DNA of 64,000 nt from Eledone cirrhosa (taxonomy: Eukaryota), in assembly GCA_964016885.1 (NCBI GenBank), contig OZ024749.1, forward strand, positions 38,502,001-38,566,000, in the 5' to 3' direction. Made by a program: the position numbers and the translations under genes. Under the pieces are notes generated by a model. It worked only from the letters and a program-made list of their open reading frames with translations, did no database searches and had not been told where the DNA came from. Shown here one piece after another: positions 14,290 through 28,164 of this stretch. The first letter of the stretch is position 1; each line of letters opens with the position of its first letter.

Positions 14290-14579
14290 AGTCATTTAAC
14301 TGGAAAGTTTGTTGAAATGAATATCAAGCCGCTACCTGCAGCCTCAGATATTCAGGACGTATCGGAGTGTTCCAAAAAGCGGGGCTGAACTAATCATCTT
14401 TAACCATCCTTGGAAACTCTTTGAGATAGTACCTAGTGCGCCTATGACAATCGGGACGACCTTGACTTCATGGCAGTTCCAAATCCTTTCTACCTCCCAC
14501 TTTAAGTCCTGATATCGGTTAATTTTTTCTTGCACTCTCGTGTCAAATAGGCAGGCTACATCTACAATCAGGCACGATC

Positions 14580-14580
<1 letters not shown>
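14290..14580 (-). pseudogene. R4/Dong-like LINE restriction-like endonuclease C-terminus
   Basis: CLIVDVAC..EKINRYQDLKWEVERIW..VVPIVIGALGTI. Confidence 0.85.
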
Positions 14581-14643
<63 letters not shown>

Positions 14644-14645
14644 AA

Positions 14646-14837
14646 GACGGTGGATTGTCAGTATCGGTAGAGGGTCGGACGCCATGCTTTCCAGCATAGT
14701 TACGTCCCTTAACGATCTGAGTTCAAATCCCACTGAGGTTAACTTTGCCTTTCATCCTTACGAGGTCGATAAAATAAAGTACCAGTAATGCACTGGGTAA
14801 TTGCTGGCCTTGTGTCAAAAGTAGAAACAATTATTAT
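14646..14837 (+). mobile_element. SINE family 1, full length
   Basis: Matches consensus. Confidence 0.92.
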
Positions 14838-15350
14838 TTGGGAAGGGCAGGCAAATTTTATCTGTCTGGTGGCCATGGCGAAAGAGATAGTACGGTGGAC
14901 GCGTTTGAAAGGGCTGAAGACGAGCACTTACCTCGTCGGTGATGCCCTGATTAACTTTTTTAAATTTCATTTTAAAAGGAAAATCAGGGTAGAGAGGGAA
15001 GTGCTCTCCTCCCAGTACTTTGTTGAAAGATGGGTGAGAGAGGCAAGAATGGCCCGAGTGAGTGGACCTACTCTGAGTATGTGTCTGTAAATTAAATGTG
15101 GAAAACTGGGAGAGGACACTTGCCCTGGTGGTCAGGGTCACTGTGGCCTTTTTAATGGGCTTTCTCCACGAATGTCCCTCGGAAGTCTCCCCCCTATTGG
15201 GGAATGTTTTCATTGTTCATTTTTACATCCTCTGTTTTTTGTTTTTTTACACGCAGAAATTCCCATTTGTACCGTGCTGTATTGTCCTGTACTGTCCTTA
15301 ATGTGTACTTTATGTAAACCCTTGTGGTTAATAAAGAAAGCATTATTATT
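14838..15350 (+). mobile_element. Tx1/L1-like LINE ORF2 C-terminus, 3' UTR and (ATT)n tail
   Basis: AMAKEIVRWTR..FFKFHFKRKIRVERE..FVERW; ends cttgtggttaataaagaaagcattatt; three copies in window. Confidence 0.75.
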
Positions 15351-15568
15351 ATCATTATTATTATTCCCCCCTATTGGGAAATTTTTCATTGTTTCAATTT
15401 TCATTTTTATTGTTTATATATATATATGTTTCTATGACCTTTTTTTTCTTTTCTTATATAAATAATAAAAATATTTACACGCACAAAACCCACATCGTAC
15501 CATCCTGTACCGTCCTGTGCCGTCTGTAATGTTTTTCTTGATGTCAGCCCTTGTGGCCAATAAAGAAA

Positions 15569-15618
<50 letters not shown>

Positions 15619-15891
15619 ATTATGCTATTACCATTACCCCCAAAGTTGCTGTTGTGGCAGTTGTCAATCTATTGTAATAACATTGGTCTACTGCGAATAA
15701 ACATGGCGATAATGAATTGTGAAGAATAATAGTGAAGAATCTCTGTAACGTCCAAACACACACACTCATACGTGCACACAAATATACACACATGGGAATA
15801 TACAGGCATACACCTTGACTTATATATAGTTGAAGAATGAAAATAAATATGTGTGTGTGTGTGTGTATTTGTGTGTATGTGAGTGCGTCTG

Positions 15892-15943
<52 letters not shown>

Positions 15944-15968
15944 GACAGACGCACTCACATACACACAA

Positions 15969-16031
<63 letters not shown>

Positions 16032-16499
16032 CATATCTACATATATATATATACATACATACATATCTACATATATATATATATATATACATACATACAT
16101 ACATATCTACATATATCTACTTATATCTACATATATCTACATATATATATACATATGTATATATGTGTGTATATATATATATGTGTGTGTGTGGGGGGGG
16201 GGGTATATAATATGCTAGCGGGAACAAATATGTATATATATGTGTGTGTGTGTATATATATATACATACATACATATCTACATATATCTACATATATTTT
16301 GGCTCGTTAATTTATTAACCTTCCATAGAACTACATTGGCATACGGTTGGACAATACATGTGTCCCTATATGCATTTTGCAAGTAGAAAAAATACTTTAT
16401 TATTATTAATCTCCCCTGGTCGAGATAACATTTTGGTCGTTTTAACTGCTGCTATTTCTATATATATATTTATATATCCATATATATTTATATTTATAT

Positions 16500-16920
16500 T
16501 TGTTTTGCAAGGTTTTTGATATGAAATCGTGTGTCGAAACAAATATTGTTATACTTGGGCAGGGTTATATTGTTATAATAATTGTTTCTACTTTAGGCAC
16601 AAGGCCAGCAATTACCCAGTGCATTACTGGTACTTTATTTTATCGACCCCGTAAGGATGTAAGGCAAAGTCAACCTCGGCGGGATTTGAACTCAGATCAT
16701 AAAGGGACGTAACTCTATGCTGGAAAGCATGGCGTCCGACCCTCTACCGATACTGCCAAATAATAATATTGCCAAAAATAATAACAGAACACACTCACTG
16801 TTTGGTTGGTTTTTGCTTCTGTATCTTTTATATCTCCATAGTTAATTTATTTGTCCATCAATGTTTATCATTGATTGACCAGCGGTTAAAAATACAGATA
16901 TACATTTTTATATATATATA
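16500..16920 (+). mobile_element. Family E TA-associated element interrupted by a SINE
   Basis: 16540-16570 plus 16761-16905 are collinear with 61735-61915; contains GAAAcaaatattgTT (HHR 3'-half-like). Confidence 0.65.
16577..16759 (-). mobile_element. SINE family 1, nested
   Basis: Reverse complement of consensus. Confidence 0.92.
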
Positions 16921-17631
16921 TTCACGTTGCTCCTTCTACCTGGAGTTGCGACCGATAGATAGTATTAGCAATTGGAAAGACCAACGGAAACATTGTTCCC
17001 TCGGTCCGATTTGACAAAAAAGTCGATCGTTTTTCTATAGTGGTACTATTATGTGTCCTCCCATTGTATTGCATTGAACTGTCTACGCCATTTTTAATTT
17101 TATTTAAAATAAAAATCGTGATGGTGGTGGTGGTGGTATGTTGGTGATGATGGTGGTGGTTGTGACGATGGTTGTGACGATGGTGGTGGTGGTTGTGGTG
17201 GTATTGGCGGTGGCTGCCGTCATCGTGTTCTTACTGTAGTTTGACATTGTCAAGTTGTCATTGTTTTTATGGTTGTCATTACTAACGTCCCTGCGTTTGT
17301 TGTTGTTACTGTAGTTGTTTTAAATGTCGGTGTTGTTTTTTTTTCTTTTCTGCTGTTTTTAATGTCTGTCTGTGTCTTCATATTTCTGTGTTTGTTTATC
17401 TTACTTTTTCCTCTTCTATTTCACCTTCTTTTCTTTCTTATTCTTAATGTAGTTGATCTTGTTGTTCTTGATATCAGTGCATTTTGCTGTTGTTGTTGTT
17501 GTTGTTATTATTATTATTGATGGCTTTATTGTTGTTGTTATTATTAATAGTTTTTGTTATAAGAAATTACAAAGTGTTTCAATTCAAATATATGCAGAAA
17601 CACTTTTTTTTTAAATCAAAATTTACTGAAT

Positions 17632-17724
<93 letters not shown>

Positions 17725-17948
17725 GTGTGTGTGTCTATATATATATATATATATGGGGGGTGTATATGTGTGTGTGTGTGTGTCGGTAGTTGTGTATGTT
17801 TGTGAACATATATTATCATTAACAATGAAATATTTGATATAAAAATATCTAATTTCTCGCCAAAATGGATCATCGTTATTCATATTTTTCTAGTTACATT
17901 GTAGTTATATCAGACACACTCTCACCTCACTCCCTCCACCTCTCATTC

Positions 17949-17982
<34 letters not shown>

Positions 17983-18373
17983 GCTCGCTCTCTCTCTCTC
18001 TCTCTATGTATATATATATATACATATTTATAACACAAGTAAGATGTAACTATGTTTGTGTCAAATACTTATAAACACACAGGCATCTTAAATATATACA
18101 CACTTTATATACGCACACATACACATATATATATACATGTATGTGTGTGTATATATATATATATATATATGTGTATATATGTATACACACACATATATAT
18201 ATACATAGAAATGTATATATAGTTATGAGACATTTAAAGGGTAGAAGAAAAGTTGTAATTTTAACACAGATCATATAAAAGAAATTAAGTTGATAGACAT
18301 GTACGTACATAGTTCATTCTACACAATTATTTCGATAAAAAGTTTTTCTTTAAACACAGAATTAGACAAATGT

Positions 18374-18976
18374 AATAATTATTTCTACTTATGGCACAAG
18401 GCCAGCAATTACCCAGTGCATTACTGGTACTTTATTTTATCGACCCCGTAAGGATGAAAGGCAAAGTTAACCTCGGCGGGATTTGAACTCAGTCCGTAAA
18501 GGGACGTAACTGTGCTGCAAAGCATGGCGTCCGACCCTCTACCGATACTGCCAATTCACCATGTAATAATTGTTTCTACTTTTGGCACAAGGCCAGCAAT
18601 TACCCAGTAGATTACTGGTACTTTATTTTATCGACCCCATAAGGATGAAAGGCAAAGTTAACCTCTGCGGGATTTGAACTCAGAATGGCAAGGGGCGTAA
18701 CTCTATGCGTCAAAGCATGGCGTCCGACCCTCTACCGATACTGCCAATTCACCGCCCTAATTCACCATGTAATAATGGTTTCTTATAAGGCACAAGGCCA
18801 GCAATTTGGGGGAGGGGAAAGTCGATTAGATGGAATCCACTTAATTACTGGTACTTTATTTTATCGACCCCCGTAAGCATGAAAGGCAAAGCTAACCTCG
18901 GCGGGATTTGAACTCAGAACGTAAATGGCCATACATTTCAAAGCGTGTTGTCTGCGGCCCTACCGATACTGCCAAT
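18374..18976 (-). mobile_element. Three head-to-tail SINE family 1 copies
   Basis: Copies at ~18374-18560, 18564-18756 and 18771-18976. Confidence 0.92.
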
Positions 18977-19559
18977 CTATCAATAATGATTAAAGTATGT
19001 AAGAACTTATTTCTGTTATATGAATTTATTTTATATATATACATTGTTGTTCTCTGGTCACGATGACGGTGGGAATTCGGCTCTTCCGCGTTCGGACATA
19101 TTGCACCTGTCATGTGAATCATGTGCCAAATTCAACTTCACTATTCAATCTCACCTGACCCTATTTCTCTGGGAAGAATACGTGTGTCACCACTTGTAAT
19201 GTATGATTCAGTTATTTCAAACGTCAGTCTGGGATTTTAGAGAAATCGCATTGTTCATTTGGTGAAGTGCCATGAGCGCCTGTCAGTATTGCAGATGCCA
19301 ATCTTGGTCAGAGCTTGACCCAGGATTATAGCTCGGTCAGGGAGAAGACATGTTGCATAAAGGTGCTCACACTGGTTGGGTGTCGTTTTCGTTGCCTTCG
19401 TCAATGAAGAACCTTTTGTTATGTTGTCTGTACAATCAACCTGTTGTAATGATATCCACCAGATGGAGGTTAGTGTATCTATAACTACATTAACTAGCTA
19501 TGTGGTTATGATGTTCCACTAACAATCGTAACGCCGTAGGTTTGATGTCGGTGACGCGT

Positions 19560-19785
19560 TTTGCCCCTGAGCATGACACTATCAGTTAGAAAAATTAGTT
19601 ATTATAGTAATTCAATTGAGCCAGTCTTGTCACACAATGCATTACGCTGAATCCCCTCGTGAATTACGTTAAAAGTGTATGTTTGTGGAATACTCTGTCA
19701 CTGGTAGGTTAATTTCATAAGCCAACTGTTTCGTTGTGTGAACAACTGTATCCTTCATCATCACAATCGACGGAGTTCCAATAGG
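19560..19785 (+). mobile_element. Dispersed SINE-like repeat, family 3
   Basis: ccagtcttgtcac..gctgaatc..gaattacgtt shared with 44200-44285. Confidence 0.5.
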
Positions 19786-19787
19786 CG

Positions 19788-19828
<41 letters not shown>

Positions 19829-19887
19829 ACACACACGCTCACGCACACGCACACGCACACGCACACACATAGCCATTATTTAATAAG

Positions 19888-20077
19888 GGCGGTGGATAGG
19901 TAGTATCGGTAGAGGGTCGGACGCCATGCTTTCCAGCATAGTTACATCCCTTTACGGTCTGACTTCAAATTCCGCCGAGGTTAACTTTGCCTTTCATCCT
20001 TACGTGGTCGATAAAATAAAGTACCAGTAATGCACTGAGATAATTGCTGGCATTGTGCCAAATGTAGAAACAATTAT
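19888..20077 (+). mobile_element. SINE family 1 with TSD attatttaata
   Basis: Full consensus plus flanking 11-nt direct repeat. Confidence 0.92.
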
Positions 20078-20524
20078 TTAATATGTTCTTTATTTAAAGT
20101 GTGATTGTGTGTGATTTGAACAAATAATTGGCTGGCTGCTATTTCTAGCATGTCATGTGACTATGTAGAAAGGTTCTGCTTTTATAAACTCGTTTTTGTT
20201 ACTGCTATTGTTGCTGGTGGTGTTGGCGTTGGTGGTAGCAATTGTTTACATACTTAAAGGTGAACGTTAATTTTTGTAAATGTTTTATTGTTGATGTCTG
20301 CAAGCCATTCCATTGTTCGCCTAAAAATATCTTCCACTTTTATTTGAAAGCTTTTAATTTACCCTCACTTTTACAATTTACGTTTTAGTCTGTTTCTCCT
20401 TTAGATCTGTTGTTTGTTTTAAAGTAGAGACAAGGAAAAAGAACAGAAAATGTTCTTTAAGAGGCGATAGAAAAATACACACAACATAAATGCTGTTATT
20501 GTTGTTTTCGTTATTATTAATATA

Positions 20525-20972
20525 TAAAATAAAGTACCAGTCACGCACTGGGTTCGATTTAATCGACTTTCCCCCCTTCCCTTTAAATTGCTGGCCTTGT
20601 GCCTAAAGTAGAAACAGTTATTATTATAATTGGCAGTATTAAAGGCGGTGGATTGGCAGTATCGGTAGAGGGTCGGACGCCATGCTTTCCAGCATAGAGT
20701 TACGTCCCTTTACGATCTGAGTTCAAATCCCGCCGAGGTTGACTTTGTCTTTCATCCTTACGGGGTCGATAAAATAGAGTACCAGTAATGTACTGGGGTA
20801 ATTGCTGGCCTTGTGCCAAAAGTAGAAACAATTATTATTGGTAGTATCGGTAGAGGGTCGGACACCATGCTTTGCAGCATAGAGTTACCGTCCTTTACGG
20901 TCTGAGTTCAAATCCCGCCGGGGTTAACTTTGACTTTCATCCTTACGGGGTCGATAAAATAAAGTACCAGTA
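20525..20972 (+). mobile_element. Cluster of three SINE family 1 copies
   Basis: Copies at 20525-20620, 20643-20838 and 20839-20972. Confidence 0.9.
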
Positions 20973-20991
20973 ACGACTTCCCACCCCCAAA

Positions 20992-21315
20992 TTGTCCTCT
21001 CACGTCCCTATGATATGTATTGACTCTCGAGCTATTACTGCACACACTGGAGACGTTGAGAGGCATCCCATGTGAATTAGGACATGGGCGATCCGTGACA
21101 GCATATGCCGATGACTTCACCGTAGTGGTGTCGAACGCCAAACATATTGAGATAATCGTCCGCTCTCTCGGGGAGTATGAAGTGGTAACAAGAGCGAAAA
21201 TTGACCAGGAAAAGTAGGCTGGCCTGCAGCTCGTCATCTGGAGAGTCAAGTCCATGCCGTCCAAAAGTGTAGTCGGGCGCTGAACGGACCGACTGGTTAA
21301 ATTGCTCGGGGTCTA
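20992..21315 (+). pseudogene. Non-LTR reverse transcriptase fragment (Tx1/L1-like)
   Basis: CPL..YVLTLELLL..AYADDFTVVVS..YEVVTRAKIDQEK, then stop-interrupted VKLLGV. Confidence 0.88.
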
Positions 21316-21414
21316 TAGAGATGTAATGGCGGGTAAAAACGACGACGATCTTAGAGAGATTCTTGGCATCAATGAAATTAGCCAAGTAGCCACTCTTTTC
21401 CGGAGAAAATCCGG

Positions 21415-21530
21415 TTTCTACTTTAGGAACAAAACCAGCTATCTTGGGGATGAAGGGAATGTCTATTAAATCAACCCAAGTACTTAACTGGTACTTTATT
21501 TTATCGACTCTGGAAGTATGAGAGGAAAAA
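21415..21530 (-). mobile_element. Degenerate SINE family 1, long variant
   Basis: ctggtactttattttatcgac core. Confidence 0.7.
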
Positions 21531-22501
21531 TTGTAACTAAATAACACAAAGTATTTTGTACAATGCTCTAACGATTCTACCAATCCAACACCTTCTGTAT
21601 TTGGTAATAGTAACAACTGAGTCGACCCTCGTGTTTCTAGTATGAACTATTGAGGGAGCCTCAGCGTAGTAATTCGCTTAACATCACCACTATTTGACCC
21701 TGGGTAGCTTCAGTGGAGTTCGCTCTGTTGTAAATATACGAACTAGAACTTTTGAGTGGTAGAATTTATCGGTCAACCGGTTAAACACGAGTACCTGGAT
21801 CCTGGGTAACTTTAGTGGAGTCCAGTCTACTGCAAGCATTCGCACAGGGCCTCCGATTTTATGACATATTCTTACCGCGACACTAGAGGTCCCAGAAAAT
21901 AAGTATGGGACCATGTCCCTTCCTCCTGACTAACAAATAAAAATATAACTGCCTATTATATGACAGGTACCCATTCCAGTCTTATACAGATAACAGCCAA
22001 AGTCGACGAATGCAACATTTGAACTCAAAGCGTCAATGCACAAACTTAAACAGCATAAATCATTTATTACGCTTCTCTACCGTGATGGTTATAACAGTAG
22101 ATTTTTTGATAGTGAGATAATTAAAAATTAATTAATTTATCGAAGTTATATTTGTGAATGCACTAAATGTATCTGTAATATTTTTTAATTAAAGCAAAGA
22201 TAAACTGTTTTGATTTTTTTCTTTAAACAGACAGAAATAACGGTGATAACAATCAAATAGAAATACGAATTAAAACTATATTTATGAAATGAAATTAATT
22301 ATAGGACATTCATCTAATTCACGCAATAGGCACCAGCAACGACAGTGTGGTTAAGAGATTTGCTATGTAACACTATATAACACTGTGTTTCTCAGTTCGA
22401 TCCTATTACATTGTACTTCGATAGATATATTTCTTTATTGTACTTCGATAGATAGATAGATAAATACATACATACATAGGTATATAGATAGAGATAGATA
22501 G

Positions 22502-22533
<32 letters not shown>

Positions 22534-22537
22534 GGGG

Positions 22538-22585
<48 letters not shown>

Positions 22586-22590
22586 GGTAT

Positions 22591-22653
<63 letters not shown>

Positions 22654-22679
22654 TGAAGGACATAATAGATTAAGTGGAG

Positions 22680-22755
22680 GTGAAAACGAGACGGATTTGA
22701 AACCGGGACCTTTAGATTGCTATGCCTGATCATTTGGCCATGCTCTATCCACACT
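22680..22755 (-). mobile_element. tRNA-like SINE head or tRNA pseudogene
   Basis: Reverse complement carries ggtcccggtttcaaatccg (B-box-like) and an A-box-like segment. Confidence 0.5.
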
Positions 22756-24044
22756 ACCCAGATTAGTAGTTTAATAGATCGTAAAATAAAAAGCTTCTGA
22801 TGAATGGCTTAGCCCATTCCATATAAAAAAGAATGTGAAACATATGAGATTAACATTGGAAATAAAACAAGTGATATTAATTAAATTATTTTTTATAAAA
22901 ATCACAAAAAAAAAATAATGGTTCAGTATATTTTAAATGAAACTTGCTTTAAATATGATCTAGAAATCAGTAAAATCATTAATAGATATTCTATAGACAC
23001 CTAAACGATATTTAGAAAGTTTTATGTATTTATTATTTGTATTGTTTCGGCGAATTTTATATTTTATCTTAGATTTTCGTTTTCGTTTCGTTTCGTTTTT
23101 TGTTTTTTTCGTTGATAAATATATTTTGATTTTAATTATTTGTTTTGCTTTACAAAAATTTAATTCAATATATTTCAATGAAAATATGAGAATTGTGTTT
23201 TCGTTATGTCTACTGATAACATTTAATGTGCGTATTTCACATCCATGGTGAGATTAATGTTTTCAAGTGGAAGATGGTGGACTATTTTGAAACAATCACA
23301 CACAAACTCATAATCTTTCGATTTCTCTTTCATACTTCTCTCCATCTCTCTCTCAAATACGCACGCACATACACACACACGCGCGCGTGCGTGCGCGCAC
23401 GCACGCATGTACATGCGCATACACTCTTACTGTACACTCTAGATAAGTGGTTCCCAAATCAGCATGATTACCGCGAGATGTAACTAGATGCGTCGCAAAA
23501 GACTAAGATTACGTTTTAAGATGTGAAAAATACAAACTGAAATTCGTATGAAAGTTCATATATAACTCGGGAAACAAGTGGCAAACAAGTAAAGTATAGT
23601 ATCAAGTTTTGCGGAAAATAGCACAAATTGTCAACTCTATTAAGAATGAGAGGTTGGTTTGTGCGTTCAGTTTATTTTAGCTAATTAAGTTAGACATGTT
23701 ATTAAATTCTTTGTTTTAAATTTCATAGTGTAGCATCTGTTTTTATCAGTTTGATATTTGATACGATCTCAATTTTGGATCATCGATATTAAATTGATTT
23801 TTTGAAATAGGTGAAGATTTAGGGGGTCGCTCCGCCTTTGCCACGGGTTGGCCTAGTATTGCAGTAAATTTCATAAGAACTCATATTACGCTGTAAAGAG
23901 TCTATGCCTTGCTCGTTTACCAGATGGGGTAGTTTTCCAGAGGGGATTTGGTACAGGTGAGATCCAACAGGTGCGTTTGCTTTTATTGGCAGCATTACTC
24001 TCCCAAAGTATAACAATATATATATATATATTTATATATTTATA

Positions 24045-24305
24045 TTAGGTAATTCCGAAGGAAAAGCAAAGGAAAAAAGAGGAAAAAAGAAAAAAATACG
24101 CTTTATGTATAGAAGAGAGCTATATAATTAGAAAGTGAACAACACAAAATATAACTACTCGGTTACCAAAGGTTTCTGGTTCACAGACAATATTAATTTA
24201 CGTCTGACGACCGATCCAGACGTATATTATTGTCTGTGATCCAGAAACCTTTGGTAACGGAGTAGTTATATTTATATTTTATGTTGTTTATTTTTTAATA
24301 TATAT
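24045..24305. mobile_element. Fold-back element with HHR, family G
   Basis: Arms 24121-24192 and 24226-24300; tail 24045-24120; TA flanks. Confidence 0.8.
24198..24262 (+). ncRNA. Type I hammerhead, stems partly eroded
   Basis: cgt CTGACGA(24204-24210) ..gatccagac/gtctgtgatc.. GAAA(24244-24247) cctttgg TA acg. Confidence 0.7.
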
Positions 24306-24366
24306 ATATAAGTTAACGACTAAACCCTAGTGTACAGCCGATCCGTGTTATTCTTCACTCATTTAC

Positions 24367-24401
<35 letters not shown>

Positions 24402-24413
24402 GGGGGAGAAGGG

Positions 24414-24480
<67 letters not shown>

Positions 24481-24702
24481 AAGAAAGAGTGAGAGGAAAT
24501 CACGAAAAACATGATTTCTATGTAGAGAATAAGATAAAGAAGCTTCTACGACAAAACAGAAAACATTATGAAATAATTTGAACAAAACCTACACTGAACC
24601 GATATATAAATATGAGATGGATTATATAATAATCCTTATATCTACGTGTAGAGACAAGAAAAAATGAACACCGAAGATACAATATTATGTACATATATAA
24701 TA

Positions 24703-24772
<70 letters not shown>

Positions 24773-24883
24773 CATTATATATATATATAGTTTATTATAT
24801 ATATACGTATATATTGATTATATATATATATATAGTTCATTATATATATATAGTTTATTATATATATATATATGTATATATTG

Positions 24884-24983
<100 letters not shown>

Positions 24984-25507
24984 GATAGATACCTTCATTT
25001 TATTATATGTGTATATATGTATTATTATATATGATAGTGGCGGCGGCGGCGGCTGTGGCATGATGCTGTTTGCTGTTGCTCGTGGGTGTTTTAGATAAGT
25101 TTATATATGTTGGTTTATTACCTAACATTCTATGGTTCTTGGAAATCATATATCAGAAGCTACAACACGCAATGCAGCACTGCAGATGGCACGACGGAAA
25201 TATACAATATGGTTGTTCTTAAGCATTGTAAAACAAATAGACATGAAACAACTTATATTGTAATCAACATGCAAGATTTGTGGGCTCGGTTAATGTGTGT
25301 GTATAGGGGCGGGGATCACGATCTGAATCGATTTGGTAGCCACTGTTAAAAATAGGTACTCAGTACGTTAGATGACTGGAGTTGAAGTTAGGTGTTCTGG
25401 AATATGTAAGTCTAATGGTATTCCTTTTTACGATAGTGTAATATTTATGCAGTGTGTGGAATAAAACAGTCTTAATTCCTGTAGAAGTTATTTCTTTAAT
25501 AAAATGA

Positions 25508-25544
<37 letters not shown>

Positions 25545-25547
<3 letters not shown>

Positions 25548-25892
25548 CGTTTCTGAATTTGTTTAGCAAGATTCTTTATCTGAAATCGTGTGTTGAAACC
25601 GATATTGTTATACTTTGGGAGGGTCATGTTGCCAAAATGGCGTAGGATAGAAGAAAGGAAAGGCACAGAAACGAAGAAAGAAATCCCCAGTCACTGAAGA
25701 GGTCACAGAGTGTGTGACGAAAGAACTATGACTATATATATATAAACAACTATCTGGTTGTGGAACCAACCAACCAACCAGAAATTTATAAATTTATAAA
25801 TTTGTAAACTTATAAATATTTAATAAATTAAATTGAAGTGAAAGCAACTGGTGCGTGTGTTTCTTATTGGCAACATGACCCTCCCAAAGTAT

Positions 25893-25900
<8 letters not shown>
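25545..25900. mobile_element. Two convergent family E fragments
   Basis: tattgttatactttgggagggtcatgttgccaa at ~25603 and its reverse complement at ~25866-25898; another copy at 23980-24018 (-). Confidence 0.7.
25689..25733 (+). ncRNA. Minimal hammerhead, 45 nt
   Basis: agtca CTGAAGA g gtcaca/tgtgac GAAA gaac TA tgact. Confidence 0.72.
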
Positions 25901-25947
<47 letters not shown>

Positions 25948-25950
<3 letters not shown>

Positions 25951-26120
25951 CAAAGAGGCTGTGGTAGATACCAGGTGGACAATAACACACCAGATTACTC
26001 AATACTTAGGGTAGTAGAGTGGGTTGAGCTCCGGCCGTTTCGACAGCTAGATCTGATTTAGGATCTAAGAGTCGAAACGGCCGGAGCTCAACCGTCGGAG
26101 TCCTCCTGACTCTTTTCCTA
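25948..26120 (-). mobile_element. Fold-back element, family B
   Basis: gagctccggccgtttcgac / gtcgaaacggccggagctc arms plus family B tail. Confidence 0.82.
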
Positions 26121-26153
<33 letters not shown>

Positions 26154-26162
26154 TTATATATA

Positions 26163-26330
<168 letters not shown>

Positions 26331-26409
26331 CATATATATGTATTTATATATATATATGTATGTATATATATGTATTTATATATATGTATGTATGTATATA
26401 TATATATAT

Positions 26410-26570
26410 GTCCTGGGTATGACATTAAACTACATTCAGTGGCAAGGCTCCAGTTCGGGAGTTCAGGAAATGTGGGGAATGTGGAGTTACCCCTTAGTTG
26501 TCATGACTCCTAGGTCTGCCCTGGCCCGGGGTGGTAGTACCTGTTAGGGCTCCATTTATGGGTTAAATAA
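26410..26570 (+). mobile_element. RTE-related dispersed repeat fragment
   Basis: gtcctgggtatgacattaaac..gtggtagtacctgttaggg resembles an abundant octopod repeat (recall only). Confidence 0.45.
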
Positions 26571-26659
26571 CTACCTTATTCGAGTGGCGCCGGTAAGGTA
26601 TTGTCAGCCATTGAAAAGAAATATGGAGAGTCGATCTAACAGCACTAGGGTTAGAGCCC

Positions 26660-26689
<30 letters not shown>

Positions 26690-26691
<2 letters not shown>

Positions 26692-26804
26692 ACGAAGGAA
26701 ATGTGGTAAGGAACCAGGTGGACCATAACGCACCAAAGTACTCAATACTTGAGGTAGTAGAGTGGGTAATAGGAACCAGTAAGACCCCTGGGGTCTTACT
26801 GGTT

Positions 26805-26810
<6 letters not shown>
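26690..26810 (-). mobile_element. Family B element folded at the predicted HHR cleavage site
   Basis: Perfect 20-bp arms around t26789 plus family B tail. Confidence 0.88.
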
Positions 26811-26890
<80 letters not shown>

Positions 26891-27299
26891 GATTCATTTT
26901 ATTTAGGCTAAATAGCCTTAATAAAATGAATATTTAAACTCTACTTCGGTATTGAGTACTCTATATATTTTTTCCTCTGCACAAATATATGCATTTTACT
27001 TTCTAGCTTTAAATTTACATTCGAAAGAACCGTTTATTCGTATTTACATATCTCAGCACATATTTTCATTTTTTGTCAACGTTGCATTTCTTTCCAACAG
27101 CACTGTGTTTGTTATTAGTTATTTCGGTAGGTAACTCGTATTTCTTGCTACTGCATTATTCAACTGTCTAAAGACACTCGTAATTTGTATATTTGTTTCA
27201 TGTGTTATTTATTTTTTATTATTAGAGCTCTATCAGCTGCTCATGTATATCTAAGTCTGGTACTACTTTATACATCGAAACCGAGTTCTTACGTGACCT

Positions 27300-27960
27300 A
27301 CAGTCGATGGTTAAAGAGGCAAACATTGTTTTTCGTGTTGTCTCCTCGTCCAGTGCCAAACATTGCTGTCTTGTCGAACAGCCGTTATTACATGTAGCAT
27401 GGATCTGCATATCGAATGAGTCCATCGTAAATATAACCCCAGCATTTTCCTTTAGCCTGGAAGGGCATGTTGTTTTTTATCTGCCTGGTGGCCATAGTGG
27501 AAAAGACCGTATATTGATCAAGCTTGAAAGGGTTGAGGACAAGTACTTTCCATTTCGACGAAGACCTGATTAACTTCTTCGGATTTTACTTGAAGAGGAA
27601 AATCATGGTGGAGAAGAAAGTGCTGTCTTCCAGCCAGTTTGTTGAAAGGTGGATGAGTGTGGCAAGCATGGCCCGAGTAAAAGGGCCTGCTTTGAGTATG
27701 TACCTATAGATTTGAATAGCTGGAAGTGGGCACTTGCTCTAGTGCTCAGGATAACCGTGTCTTTATGTAGGCTTTCTCTTCGTGTCACTCTCGGAAGTCT
27801 TTTCCCTTGTTGGGGCATTTTATCTTGTTTGAATTTTTGACATTTGTTGTTTTTCTATTATCACATTTTATACGAAAATCTCCACTTTGTATCGTGTTGT
27901 GCCGTCCTGTGGTGTCTTAAATGGTTTCTTGATGACAGTTATGTGTGGTTAATAAAGGAA
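27300..27960 (+). mobile_element. Tx1/L1-like LINE 3' end
   Basis: KGLRTSTFHFDEDLINFFGFYLKRKIMVEKKVL..FVERW; homologous to 14838-15350. Confidence 0.75.
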
Positions 27961-27966
27961 TCATCA

Positions 27967-28018
<52 letters not shown>

Positions 28019-28125
28019 CATTATTACTATTAAACCCTTGTGGTTAATAAAGAAAGCATTATTATTATTGTTGTTATTGTTTTTGTTATTACTATTATTA
28101 TTATTATTATTACTAATTACTATTA

Positions 28126-28164
<39 letters not shown>

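Noticed and set aside
14646-14740. tRNA genes at SINE heads
   Set aside because: A/B-box-like motifs continue into the SINE body; no clean cloverleaf.
22797-22855. CTGATGA..GAAAcatatg hammerhead candidate
   Set aside because: No UH after stem III and no stem I.
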